Notes under the pieces: generated by a model | Told to the model about the DNA's origin: nothing | The model's database searches: none | What the model saw: only the letters and a program-made list of their open reading frames with translations | Translations under genes and position numbers: made by a program | Source of the DNA: Squalus acanthias | Taxonomy: Eukaryota | NCBI GenBank assembly: GCA_030390025.1 | Contig: CM059433.1 | Span: 25,980,001-26,044,000 of the forward strand | Reading direction: 5' to 3' | Length of the DNA stretch: 64,000 nt | Shown: positions 49,573 to 61,800 of the stretch, piece by piece | Numbering within the stretch: position 1 is the stretch's first letter | Layout of the letters: each line of letters opens with the position of its first letter

Positions 49573-50326
49573 CTGGATCACTCCTTAATCTTCTATACTC
49601 AAGGGAAAACAAACTTAGTCCATGCAACCTGTCCTCATAATTTAACCCTTGAGCCCCAGTATCAAGAAATTGACCATGTAGGATTTATTATTATCATGAT
49701 CATCACTGTTATTTGATCAGTGTTTCTGCTATTCTTTCAGCCACCACTTTGTCTTCTGATTTTTTTTAATCGCTTTCAGAAGTCACTGACTAGACTTCAA
49801 TGGTTGTGGAAGCTCTTTCTTGCTGTCATTGCCTTTGTTATCGTTATAGAACAGGTAGAAGTGAGGCAAACAAAACAATGCAGATCATTTTTAAGTCATA
49901 GTCTCGCCAGTCAATGGCGTTCTGCTTTCCTCTAAAACTCAGAATGCTGTTCCACATGTACAAAGAGATATGCGCCGCATTGTGTGCAGCACATGTGTGT
50001 CTTCATAAGGCAAGTGGCACCCTGGTCTTGAAGCATTCTTAATCTCACCCAGCTGCACACACATTCAATCTACTTATTGGTGAGAGCATCATTACATCGG
50101 ATTACATAGGTTATACAGCACAGAAACATGCCATTCGGGTGGTTGATGCATTTAAGGCGTATGAGGGAAAAGGGAATAGAGGGTTATGCTGATAGAGTTA
50201 GATGAGGAAAGATGGGAGGAGGCTTGAGTGGAGCATAAACACCGGCATAGACTGGTTGCATCGTTGGAGGAAAGGTGAAGCAGTCTTATATTGGCAACTA
50301 ATTTGGACAGTCTTAATGCAAATTAA

Positions 50327-51085
50327 TGACCTGTATTTTCCGACCCCCACGGGTGTGTAGGGGCCTCGCAAGTGCCGGTTTCAGGCATGCGAAGCGCATG
50401 CGCTGAAAACCGACACTTCCGATGTGTCAAGAATCCTCTTGACAGATCCTCCGCCTGCCCGGGAGAAGGGCCTCTGCGGGCAGAGAGTTCCGCTTTCTGC
50501 ACAACCTCCACCCGCTGAAAACCTTTAAAAATCTTACACCTGGTAAAAGCAGGCCTTACGCCGGCGTAAGGCCTGCTTTTACCAGCATAAGAGTTTAAGA
50601 AAGTAAAAAAAAAAATTTTTTCCACTCATTTACAATTTTAAAATACTTTTAAAAAAGATAAGTTTATTTTAGCCCCATAAAAAACTTTAATTATTTTTTT
50701 CAAAATATTAAATTTTTGTTTAAAATATTTAATTTAATGTAATTTTAACTAATTTTAAATATGTGATTTAAAAAAAAATTATTTAATGTTTTAGTGTGTT
50801 TTTTGAGTGATCCCCATTCATACTTTTGACATGTCTACGCAGAGAGACCTGTCAAAAGTGTGAAGGGGGATTCCCTTCTTTGATTGGTTCCCCATGGCCC
50901 ATGTGACCCCAGGGACGCTTGCGAACCGCCTGCGCCCCTGGGATACCTGGGCCTCTGCGCGCGCTCACCAGGAGAGGCCCAGGAGCGGAAGTGTCGGGAC
51001 CTACGGAGCCAGCAGGTAAGTTCGTAGATTTTTTCAGATTGGAGGCATCCGCCCGCAGGAAGCCTCCGATCGGAAAATCAGGCCC
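50327..51085 (-). mobile_element. Non-autonomous MITE with AT-rich core, copy B
   Basis: Inverted homologue of 7662-8426; ends AAAATCAGGCCC. Confidence 0.8.
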
Positions 51086-51881
51086 TGTATGTTTTGATAC
51101 CATGGACTACACAGTATTGTGTCATCTGAAGTTTTCGTAGTGGAGCTGCCACAGCCTAAACCACAACACCGAGCCACCTACTGAGAGGTGGGGCAGCAAG
51201 ATCAGGAAATCATTTAGCTGCTTCATTTTAAAATTGAATTTATGCAACTGCAGGTGTAAATTTAGCCCAAAGAATCCCAGCACAACAGAACTACTGGAGC
51301 AACAAACCTCAATTTGATTTGTCTAAATATATCACAGCTGCTAATTGGAACATGGGATTTTCAGACACTGCGACTGAGTTCCAAGTTGTAAGAAATTTGT
51401 ACAAATTTCAAAGGCATCCCTGTGCTTGCACAAGAGTCCAGACTAGTTACTAATGCCCAGAGTGTAAAAACACCCAGGCTTTATTCTGGAGAAGGGAAAC
51501 TCAAGCTTAATAAAAGTTTCCTATCCCCATCCTAGAATAGAAACGGTTCCAATACTTTTACCATTGCATTAACAGCTGGAGTGTTCCAATACTATTAGTA
51601 CAGAATTAACAGCTGGAGTTCTCTTGCTTTTTAGTCTAGAGTTCTCACAGTGTGTCCCGCATTCCAAAAGCACCTGGTTGTTCCTGAAAACAACAAATCA
51701 CTGTTGCCTGGATCCATTCAGATCACATTTTCTGAGAGCAAACATATAGTCACAAATTGATTAAAGCAATGTCAATAGCTTTCAAGCAAAATGACTCTCC
51801 CAATGTTATCTTCTTATTGTAAACATTGCAGTAGAGCTCACTGAAGTTCAAATTTGGTAGGGTTGTTAATATGATTTCATA

Positions 51882-52881
51882 CAACAACAACTTGTATTTA
51901 TATAGCGCCTTTAACGCAGTAAAACGTCCCAAGGTGCTTCACAGGAGTGTTATAAAACAAGATGTGACACCGAGCCACATAAGGAGAAATTAGGGCAGGT
52001 GACCAAAAGCTTGGTCAAAGAGGTAGGTTTTAAGGAGTGTCTTAAAGGAGGAAAGAGAGATAGAGAGGCGGAGAGGGGAATGGCAGAGCTTAGGGCCTAG
52101 GTAGCTGAAGGCACGGCCACCTATGGTTGAGCGTTTAAAATCAGGGATGCTCAAGAGGCCAGAATTAGAGGAGCGCAGATATCTCGGGGGGTTGTGGGGC
52201 TGGAGGAGATTACAGAGAAAGGGAGGGGCGAGGCCATGGAGGGATTTGATAACAAGGATGAGAATTTTAAAATCAAGGTGTTGCTTAACCGGGAGCCAAT
52301 GTAGGTCAGCGAGCACAGGGGTGATGGGCGAACGGGACTTGGTGCAAGTTAGGACATGGGCAGCCGAGTTTTGGATGACCTCAAGTTTACGCAGCATAGA
52401 ACATGGGAGGCCAGCCAGGAGTCCGTTGGAATAGTCAAGTCTAGAGGTAACAAAGACATAGATGAGGGTTTCAGCAGCAGATGAGCTGAGGCAGGGGTGG
52501 AGTCGGGCGATGTTACGGAGGTGGAAATAGACGGTCTTAGTTATGGCGCGGATATGTGGTCGGGAGCTCATTTCAGGGTCAAATATGACACCAAGGTTGC
52601 AAACAGTCTGGTTCAGCCTCAGACAGATGCTAGGGAGAGGGATGGAGTCGATGGCTAGGGAATGGAGTTTGTGGCTTCAGTCTTCCCAATATTTAGTTGG
52701 AGGAAATTTCTGCTCATCCAGAACTGTATGTCGGACAAGCAGTCTGACAATTTAGAGAAAGTGGAGAGGTCGAGAGAAGTAGTGATGAGGTAGAGCTGGG
52801 TGTCATCAGTGTACATATGGAAACTGATGCTGTGTTTTCAGATGATGTCGCGGAGGGGCAGCATGTAGATGAGAAATAGGA
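51882..52881 (-). mobile_element. L2 LINE 3' fragment, well preserved
   Basis: ORF 51990-52571: FVTSRLDYSNGLLAGLP, IQNSAAHVL, ITPVLADLHWLPV, FKTLLKTYLF; (TTG)n tail. Confidence 0.9.
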
Positions 52882-53411
52882 CATACAGTAAACTGTAAAT
52901 TATTGTGGATACAATTACCTGAATTAGATGAAATACGGCTGTAGATTAACTTTTCCAGCCATAACTTTAGCCTAGGGTCATTTAAGATCAGTGAGTCACC
53001 CTCCTTCCCATTTAATGATAGTTTTGTTCTGACTACATATTAAAAGCCTTATTGAAAGATGTGTGTGCTTTTATTGTAGTTGAATGTATCCAGTATGTGC
53101 CCTATCTGATATTCATTTGTAAAGTCATAAGTCTTTCTGGTGATAGAAAGCTCGTACTGCATGAGTTAAAATAAAAAGTAAATACGAACATATATTAAGA
53201 CAAATTTGTTCATCTTACAGCTTGAGATTCCTATGAACAGGCTTGTTTTGCTCATATATAGTTGGATATTTTGTATTCATTATTCATTTCAGCCAAATAG
53301 CACAATTAACAAAGGGACTATTTAAAAGACTGTAGATTCAAGTCTCAATGATATTCAAGAGTTTCATGAGTATTTAGATGGAGCATTGTGAGGGAGTCAT
53401 GTATTCCTGAC

Positions 53412-53513
53412 CTGCCCAGTTTTCGCCAATTCAGTCATGCCTCCTACCAACCTCAGATAGAGTGGCAGGGAAGGTAACCACGGAGGATTCTGCACTCCGC
53501 CCGTGCTGCTTTC
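53412..53513 (-). other. Candidate internal exon in unique sequence
   Basis: Long polypyrimidine tract ending TTTTTCAG, 102-nt open frame (ESSTGGVQNPPWLPSLPLYLRLVGGMTELAKTGQ), CAG/GTCAGG donor; GC-richer than AT-rich flanks. Confidence 0.25.
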
Positions 53514-54829
53514 CTGAAAAAGATGGTGATAAGAATCGTAGAAGGGAAAAAAATTTGATCAACCAACGGAGAAGCAAATAAACTTTTGAAATGTATTCTG
53601 TTTTTAATATATACTTATGCCTTTATTATAGGATTACAGACCAATATAAAGTTAATGTATATGTTAAAAATGAAAGACCAGATAATATAAGTCTTATATT
53701 AAGAAGAAGTACTTAAGTATGTTTCCAATTACGTAATCTTAAAATATATAAAAAGTAAAGTATGACTAAAGAAAACATTTGTTTAAATAGCTTGATCTGG
53801 AATTATCAATGTTACATATCCAATTGTTACATGAAGGCTAAGTAACAGACAATTTCAGCAACAGCTAAATAGCTTTATGTGATTAACGATTAATGCAATC
53901 AGTGCTTTGGGATCAGTCTATACTCAGATACTGATATGCAGCATATATTGAGCTTTCATACATTTTAGTGTCCATCTCATGTGAAAAAAGCCTTCTTTTC
54001 TTATCCAGGATTTAGTTATCTGTGGATGATACCTCATATTTTGGATAACTATATAATGCTCTTGGACATTTCTTTGATTGAGTTCCATGTAACAGAGCTT
54101 AGATTGTTCAGAAGAGACAGGACACATAATTAATAAGAGGAGCAGCATTGCGAGACAGAATTTGAGACTCAGTTATTAGCAGATATTCTCAGAAGGGAAA
54201 TGTGGACCAGTAAGGAAAAAAAGGTGAATATTAGGGAATGGCTATAGTCCGATATAGGGCCAAAATATGCATGGATATGGACTTCTTCCAACAAGGAGTG
54301 TTTCTGGTAAATTGAGAACGGGGGACTTTTAACCTAATCAGCTGGGCAGAAAAGTGATGCGATCAGATTAGCCATCCATTTTACACAGCGCCCATTTTTA
54401 CTTTCCATTGAAGATTAACTGGTCATTCATCTCAATTATTGTTTGTGGGATTTGTCTGCATAACACTTCGCTTCAAAGTAATGAATTGTATGTGATGCTG
54501 TTAGGGAGATTTCTCAGAGACACGATAAGGTGCTACATCAATGCAAGTCATTTCCTTCCACTGGTGACATTTCCATTTTTCATATCGACCCTTCTCATGG
54601 CTTCTCTTATAATCTTACTGTCTGAGGAAAATGGCCAATTGAGAGGCAGTAATGTGCGCTTGTGTCGACTGGGAACTGGACTAATGCTGCCCAAACTGAT
54701 TTTATGTAGGATCCCTACAACCTGCAGACAGAAAACACGTTCATCCTATTAATCTGGGTGAATTTAAACTGAGGTACAAGAAAGAAACAAAGAACATGCA
54801 TTGATATTAATCTTCCTGCTTTGTTTAAG

Positions 54830-55322
54830 AAGACCATTCGGCCCATTGTGCCTGTGGTGGCTTTTTGAAAGAGCTCTCCAATTAGTCCCACTCGCCTGCT
54901 CTTCCCCATAGCCCTGCAAACTTTTTCCTTTTCAAGCATATATCTAATGCCCTTTTGAAAGTTACTATTGAATCTATTTCACCACCCTTTGAGGCAATGC
55001 ATTCCGGATCATAACAACTCGCTGCGAAAAGGAATTCTACTCATCTGCCCTCAGTTCATTTGCCAATCACCTTAAATCTGTGTCCTCTGGTTACCAACCC
55101 TCCTGCCAGTGGAAACAATTTCTCCTTATTTACTCGATCAAAACCCTTCATAATTTTGACCACTTATATTAAATCTCCCCTTAATCTTCTCTGCTCTAAG
55201 GAGAACAATCCCAGCTTCTCTAGTCTCTCCACATAACTGTCCCTCATCCTTGGTATCAGTCTAGTAAATCTCTCCAAAGCCTTGACATCCTTTCTACAGT
55301 GTGGTGCCCAGAATTGGACACA
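54830..55322 (-). mobile_element. CR1 3' fragment
   Basis: [41 protein letters not shown]. Confidence 0.8.
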
Positions 55323-56544
55323 CTTTGCATATGCAATGTGCCTAATGCCAGTTTCAGGCAGGTGCCTTGGACAGCTAGAGAGGAGCCACAACCAAAATGG
55401 TGGATGGCGCACTTCTGGCAAGGAATGAGCGCACACACGCCGTTCACCATAATGGACCCTTAGGCATTTGTTTCACGCCTGTAAAATAGGTACACGTGAT
55501 CCAATTTTTAGGCCATAGTGGCCAGAGGAATCATCTTGCTATGTTTAAGATATCACTAACACATAGTAAATAGAGGAAATCTTCCCCCATAGACAGCAAA
55601 ATGGAAAAACTATTTGCAGTGGAGATTCAAGAGAATATAAAAGATTATTTGAGTACATTCATAGCAGGAAAATATGAATAGAGAAATATGACCTCTTCTA
55701 AATGAAAGAGGTGGAATAGAAGGACTTTTAAATTATTTGTTCTCAGTAGTATGCACTGTAGGAGTTAGCAATATTTCTGATCTTGTCACCAAATTTTGTG
55801 GAAATATATCAGAGATGATAATGAAAATAATGCCATGTAATTGGCATGAAGAAATTAGAGCAACTGATGTATTGAGACTGGATAATGTGCAGTTGTGAGA
55901 ATTAAAATAAATGAAGGCGGGAGTAGAGGCTGCTTTAGTGAAAACAGAATTGGAGAACAGCTAATGTGATTGCAATCTTCAAAAAAGGTCACAGGAATGA
56001 TCTCGGTAATTATAGACGAATTAGCTCGGTCATAACAGTGCCAAACATATTGGCGTCTCCTATAAAGAAAGCAATTAAGGGTCATCTTGAGAGATTGAAG
56101 GTAATTAAGCAAAGCCTACAGAAGTGAATGGCAGCCTGTGTTTAAAACTTTTATGAGGATCTTTTGAGGATGTAATCAACTTGCTGGATTAAGGCAATAT
56201 GGGTGATATTATATTTTGATTTTTATAAAAAAGATGAAAGCTTTTGGCATTAAGGAGCACGATGCAAATTGGACAGAGAATCGACTAGACAATTTGCAGC
56301 AAAGATACATTCTGAATGAGTATATTGTTCCAAATGCTACTGATGACATGAAGAGATACACAGGAACCAGTCAGTCAGTCATCCGTGTTTCATACTTATT
56401 CATGATGCTGGTGAAACAGTTTTAAGCAGCATCTCTAAATTTGTAGCTAATGTCCTATTACTGGAGAAATCACTTAATGGTGATATTAGGGCAGTACATA
56501 CACATACCATAATGCTGCATATTTCAATACAGATCATCTTAACT

Positions 56545-56925
56545 TCCCACCTCGATTTTAAAATTCTCATCCTTGTATTCAAATCCCTCCATGGCCTCGC
56601 CCTTCCCAATCTCTGTAGCCTCCTCCAGCCCTCCGAGATCTCTACGCTCCTCCAATTCTGGCCTCTTGCACGTCCCCAGTTTTAATCGTTCCACCATTGC
56701 CGCTCGTGCCTTCAACTGTCTAGGCCCTCCCTAAATCTCTCCGCTTCTCTACCTCTCCCTCTCCTCCTTTAAGACCCTCCTTAAAACCTACTTCTTTGAC
56801 CAAGCTTTTAGTCACCTGTCCTAATATCTCCTTATGTGGCTCAGTGTCACATTTTGTTTGATAACGCTCCCGTGAAGCACCTTGGGACATTTTACTACAT
56901 TAAAGGCGCTATATAGATGCAATTT
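56545..56925 (+). mobile_element. L2 3' end
   Basis: Reverse complement of 51890-52280; GGCGCTATATAGATGCAA tail. Confidence 0.8.
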
Positions 56926-57299
56926 GCCATCAGATGTTAGTTGGAAAGGAAGATTTTCCTGTGCTTTGTGCCTGGTGATTACTTCTATTCATGTTTTTAA
57001 TGACTCTGTTACTATGGCACATTTTACTCCAATATTGACCACAACCACCAAAAGAACATTATACAAACATTACAGGTTTTACTGCATAACGTTGCCGTGA
57101 AAGTTACTACATGTGTGTGTATAAAGGCTTTAAAATGCAAGTGAAAATGACTTGGCTAACAATATGCTCCAGTTCTTGAAGTTCATTTCCTCCCCTCTGT
57201 CTTTACTGACATCTTTCCCCCAATACCAGGATTTCAAATGAATGGGCAGCCTGGTCCTGATGCCTATCTGCACTTTGAGTAGGCCTCTAAGAGCCTAAA

Positions 57300-58330
57300 C
57301 TGGAGGCCTGATGTATCCTGCTATCCTGCAAAACAACAGCTTCATGTCGGACAACTCCTGCTGTGGCACCTGGTAATTGGGCACAGGTTCAGTGGGATGG
57401 CAGGTCTCACAGTTCTCACTATATCCTGAAAGCCCAGGGAGAAAGTCTCCCAGTATCTGGCCCCAAGTGTATGAAAGGCAGCATGCAGGGCTCTCTCAAG
57501 CCTATCCTCCAGTGCGTTCAGGGCTGCAGTCTATGCTTCTATAATGAGGAGGAGGCACCTACTAGTTCTGGGACACTGCTTTGGCAGAGGACGGTCGCAG
57601 ACTCTAATGAGGCTGCTACATGCACCACTGATCTCCGCAATGAGGACAGGATTTTCCTGATCTTGCTGAATATGAGGCCAGTGGACCAAGTTGACCATGT
57701 CATATGCCGAACTTCCTGGGAGAGTAGCTTCAGAGCTTGTACAAACGTTTGATGTCCGTCGAACATCCTTTTTATTCTAGGACCCATGAGAATTGAGCCC
57801 ACTGCTTCCTCAGCCGACAGAAGGCATCTCTTCACCTCTGCTGGGGAATGGCTAAGTCCTCATCCACCTCCAGCTATGTAATGCTCTGGGAGTCAGCTGC
57901 TGTAATATTCACAACACCCCAAGTGAATGAGAGGTGATGAAAGTGGTGTAATAGAGGGAGAGGAGGAATGTGTGCCAGGGGTACAAGGGGCGAGATGGTC
58001 ATCATCATCATCTTCTTCCTCATTTTCCGCCTCCCCTATTGCTGTGCAGGACCTATGGAAGAAGAGGACCTGAGGTAAGTATAGGTGTGCAGCACCCAGA
58101 GCATGTGATGAGATACAGATAGCCTGTAGTTCGGTCGCAGTTTGGTCCTGTAAATGGCTGTAGGAGCAACATGTTCTGTTTAGCATCCACTCACCCTCAG
58201 CTGGCACTGGTCCACTGACCTCACATCGCCGATGACCAAGGCCGTTTGCCCCCGCCTCCCCCCCCTGCTCGATAGCATGTTCCCCAAAATATGTCAGCTG
58301 CATTTATGTATCTCACCAATGGTCCGCCTT
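57300..58330 (-). pseudogene. Possible very old Harbinger Myb-partner remnant
   Basis: Acidic linker (ENEEEDDDDD) and KRMFDGHQTFVQAL resembling the RRVMGMHTEMIGAI motif; weak. Confidence 0.3.
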
Positions 58331-58339
58331 TGAGTGACA

Positions 58340-59197
58340 GTTTCTTCTGTTTTACTATCAAAATCCACGACGAGGCCTTGGACAACGTGGACCACTTTCC
58401 ATACCTCGGGAGCCTACTGTCAACAAGGGCAGATGTCGATGACAAAGTCCAACACCTCCTTCAGTGTGCCAGTGCAGCCTTCGGTCGCCTGAGGAAGAGA
58501 GTGTTTGAAGACCTGGACCTCAAACCTGGCACTAAGCTCATGGTCTACAGAGCAGCAGTGATACCTGCCCTCCTGTATGCTTCAGAGACATGGACCATGC
58601 ACAGCAGGCACCTCAAAGCACTAGAGAGGTACTACCAATGCTGCCTCCGCAAGATCCTGCAAATCCATTGGCAGGATAGGCGCACCAACGTCAGTGTTCT
58701 CGCTCAGGCCAACATCCCCAGCATCGAAGCTTTGACCATGCTTGATCAGCTCCGATGGACGGACCACATCGTCCGCATGCCCAATACGAGACTCCCAAAA
58801 CAAGCGCTCTACTCGGAGCTCCGACATGGCAAGAAAGCCCCAGGTGGGCAGAGGAAGCGCTTCAAGGACACCCTCAAAGCCTCCTTGAAAAAGTGCAACA
58901 TCCCCACCGACACCTGGGAATCCCTGGCCCAAGACCGCACAAAGTGGAGAAGCATCCGGGAAGGCGCCAAACACCTCGAGTCTCTTCGCCGGGAGCAAGC
59001 GGAAGCCAAGCACAAACAGCGGAAGGAGCGCATGTCAACCCAAGCACTCCACCCACCCGCCCCTTCAACCACCGTCTGCCCCACCTGTGACAGAGACTGT
59101 AGGTCCCGCATTGGTCTCATCAGTCACCTGAAAACTCATTTTTAGTGTGGAAGCAAGTCATCCTCGGTTCCGAGGGACTGCTTAAGAAGAAGAAGAC
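58340..59197 (+). mobile_element. RTE-clade (BovB-like) LINE 3' fragment with open ORF end
   Basis: VDHFPYLGS, KLMVYRAAVIPALLYASETW, RLPKQALYSEL, C-terminal CPTC...HLKTH finger, (AAG)n tail. Confidence 0.9.
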
Positions 59198-59597
59198 TAT
59201 GTGTTAGCCATAGCTTAAAGATAACAGGAAAAATTCCTCTGGTTACCATGGCCTGGAAATTGGGCTTTGACCATTTTTAGATACACAAGGGGCTGTAGTA
59301 CATGCTCCCCGCACTTGAATGGTGGGGCCCGAGGCTGTCCAAGTATTGGCCCTCGGGCCTCATTGTGAAGAGCCACCAGTGACGAGGACTTCGAGTTTGG
59401 ACCACTGCTAAGGTCGTAATGACCCTCAGGTAAGTGTTATCGGGGCTCGGGGCCTGGGTTGGGGATTGGGACGGGTGCCTGGGTCGGGGATCGGGGCCTG
59501 GGTCGGGAATCGTGGGGGTTCGTGTCAGGGATTGCAAGAATCAGGTCGTGAGCAGATGGAAGATTGGTGTTGGGCATCGGGTCAGGAGCAGTGACGA

Positions 59598-59814
59598 TAG
59601 TAAGCTTGCAGGGAACATAAAAACTGACTGTAAAACCTTTGATAGATATGTGAAGAGAAAAAGATTGGTGAAGTCAAGCGTAGGTCCCTTGCAGTCAGAA
59701 TCAGGGGAATTTATAATGGGGAACAAAGAAATGGCAGGCCAATTAAATACATACTTTGGTTCTGTCTTCACAAAGGAGGACACAAATAACCTCCCAGAGA
59801 TGTCGGGGAATATA
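59598..59814 (+). mobile_element. CR1 ORF2 fragment, target of element 5; resumes at 63983
   Basis: KTFDRYVKRKR, LNTYFGSVFTKEDTNNLPEMSGNI continues in frame as GFNERE after the transposon. Confidence 0.85.
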
Positions 59815-60327
59815 GGGGGAAAAATTCAGTTGGTTGCGCCTCCCGTTAGCGCCTTAAGAGGGCGCTAATGGGGCGCAAAGCCGCTAGCGCCCGGGCGCAG
59901 CGATGTTTGCGCCGCTCGGGAACTTAACTAGACATTGTGCGGCGGCGCTAAACTTTACCGCCGCGACCACCTGCGCGCGCAGATTGTGATGTCATTCCAT
60001 GGTGCAATGCCCTTGTGGCGCCCCGGAGCAGAAATTGAGTGGCGCCCCCTACCTTACTGCCTGGCGCATCCAACGACCGGAAGACTGGAACGCTATCAAT
60101 CGCTGTGGGGCTGGGGGGGGGGCGCTATTTAAAGGGGGCCTCTTCCTGTCTTTTTCTGTGGTTGACATTTTTGCACCACTCGTTCTGAGAGAGAGAGAGA
60201 GATTCGGAGAGAGAGAAAGAGAGACTTCTGCATTGAGTCAACACTTTGTGAGGTAGTTTTGCCTACTGATCCTAACTTCGCTGGTACTTTGGTTGCTGTC
60301 CTTCATAACTTTGCTTGCAAAGAGACT

Positions 60328-61488
60328 ATGGGGGCTGCACTGAATGGGGGCGTCGTCCTGCTCCAGCTGAATCGGAGGACACAGAGACGCAGAGAGAGAG
60401 TGGCAATGATGGCCAGACGGAGGAGGGCCAACAGGCGTCTGTACAGGAGAGCTTACCCTCCCAGGGTATATCGTGAACAGCTCTCCTACATTCATATGTC
60501 TGAGGAGCTGTGTTTGCGAAGGCTGCGATTCAGCAAGGAGGTGGTCACTGAGCTCTGCCACCTGCTGCAGCCAGATCTGCAGCCTCAACTGAGGTCCAGG
60601 ACGTCTCTGTCGGTGGCAGTGAAGGTCACAGTGGCTCTCAACTTCTATGCTACTGGCTCATTTCAAGCTGCTGCTGGGGACCTCGCCAATATCTCCCAGT
60701 TCGCGGTGCATTGCTGCATCCGGCAGGTCACAAATTCCCTCTTTAAAAGGAGACGAGAGTTCATCTCTTTCCCCATGACCCTAGACAAGCAGCGTGACCG
60801 CGCTCTGGGCTTTGCGAGGATAGCGGGCTTCCCCATGGTGCAGGGCGCCATTGACTGCACGCATGTGGCTTTGCGTGCTCCACATGAGAATGCCGAGGAA
60901 TTCCGGAACAGAAAGGGGTTCCATTCCTTGAATGTTCAGTTGGTCTGTGACCACAGACAGCTGATACTCGCTGTCAATGCCCACTATCCTGGCAGCTGCC
61001 ACGATGCTTTCATCCTGCGCCAGACTACTGTGGCAGAACTTTTCGAGGCACCGCATCAGCCAGTTGGTTGGCTTCTCGGGGACAAGGGGTATCCATTGAG
61101 CACCTGGCTGATGACACCTCTCCGTACGCCCAACACCCCTGCTGAGCTGCGGTACAACGAGAGCCATCAAGCTACCAGGAACATCATTGAGCGCACAATC
61201 AGCGTGCTGAAGCAACGGTTCCGCTGTCTCGACCATTCTGGAGGAGCACTGCAGTACTCGCCTGAGCGAGTATCCAACTTCGTAGTTGTGTGCTGCATGT
61301 TGCATAACATGGCAATCGTCAGGACCCAGCCAATGCCACCAGGCCTTGGAGCACCACCAGAGGAGGAGGAGGAAGAGGAGGAAGAGGACGAGGAGGATGA
61401 TCATCAGCAGCACCAAGGCGGGAGGGCGGCCCACAATGGTGAAACTGCAAGGGCCGTCCGTCAACGGCTGATAGCAAGTCGCTTCTAG
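60328..61488 (+). CDS. PIF/Harbinger (HARBI1-like, DDE_Tnp_4) transposase, 386 aa
   Basis: Single open frame from MGAALNGG; GAIDCTH, PGSCHDA, LLGDKGY, RNIIERT, CCMLHN motifs; acidic poly-E tail. Confidence 0.93.
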   Translation: MGAALNGGVVLLQLNRRTQRRRERVAMMARRRRANRRLYRRAYPPRVYREQLSYIHMSEELCLRRLRFSKEVVTELCHLLQPDLQPQLRSRTSLSVAVKVTVALNFYATGSFQAAAGDLANISQFAVHCCIRQVTNSLFKRRREFISFPMTLDKQRDRALGFARIAGFPMVQGAIDCTHVALRAPHENAEEFRNRKGFHSLNVQLVCDHRQLILAVNAHYPGSCHDAFILRQTTVAELFEAPHQPVGWLLGDKGYPLSTWLMTPLRTPNTPAELRYNESHQATRNIIERTISVLKQRFRCLDHSGGALQYSPERVSNFVVVCCMLHNMAIVRTQPMPPGLGAPPEEEEEEEEEDEEDDHQQHQGGRAAHNGETARAVRQRLIASRF

Positions 61489-61800
61489 GGCCCCTGCTGT
61501 AGAAATGGCTTCTGCCATTGCTAACAACATCAATGAACCCAGCACGCAACCCCTAAGCCGGCCAAGGCACCAATGATTCCAAACACCAAACATGTATATT
61601 TTGAATACAAAAACTTATTTATTTTACAAACTCTGTGTGTGTCATTTCCTCATGACAAACTCATAGAAATAAACACAAAAAAACAGTCATTAACATAACT
61701 GGTTCTCACAACCTGGAGATAATGTCCAAAACACTAGACAAAAGTTGGACCACGAACCTCGGCCTTTAGTAAAAAAATGACCAGCATTTTGTCACACCTC

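Noticed and set aside
58291..59145. 284-aa host zinc-finger gene
   Set aside because: It is the C-terminal part of an RTE ORF; the first residues come from unrelated flank.
60328..61488. Domesticated host gene HARBI1
   Set aside because: It lies inside TIRs with a TSD, is inserted in a LINE, and has several decayed paralogues nearby; it is a transposon ORF.
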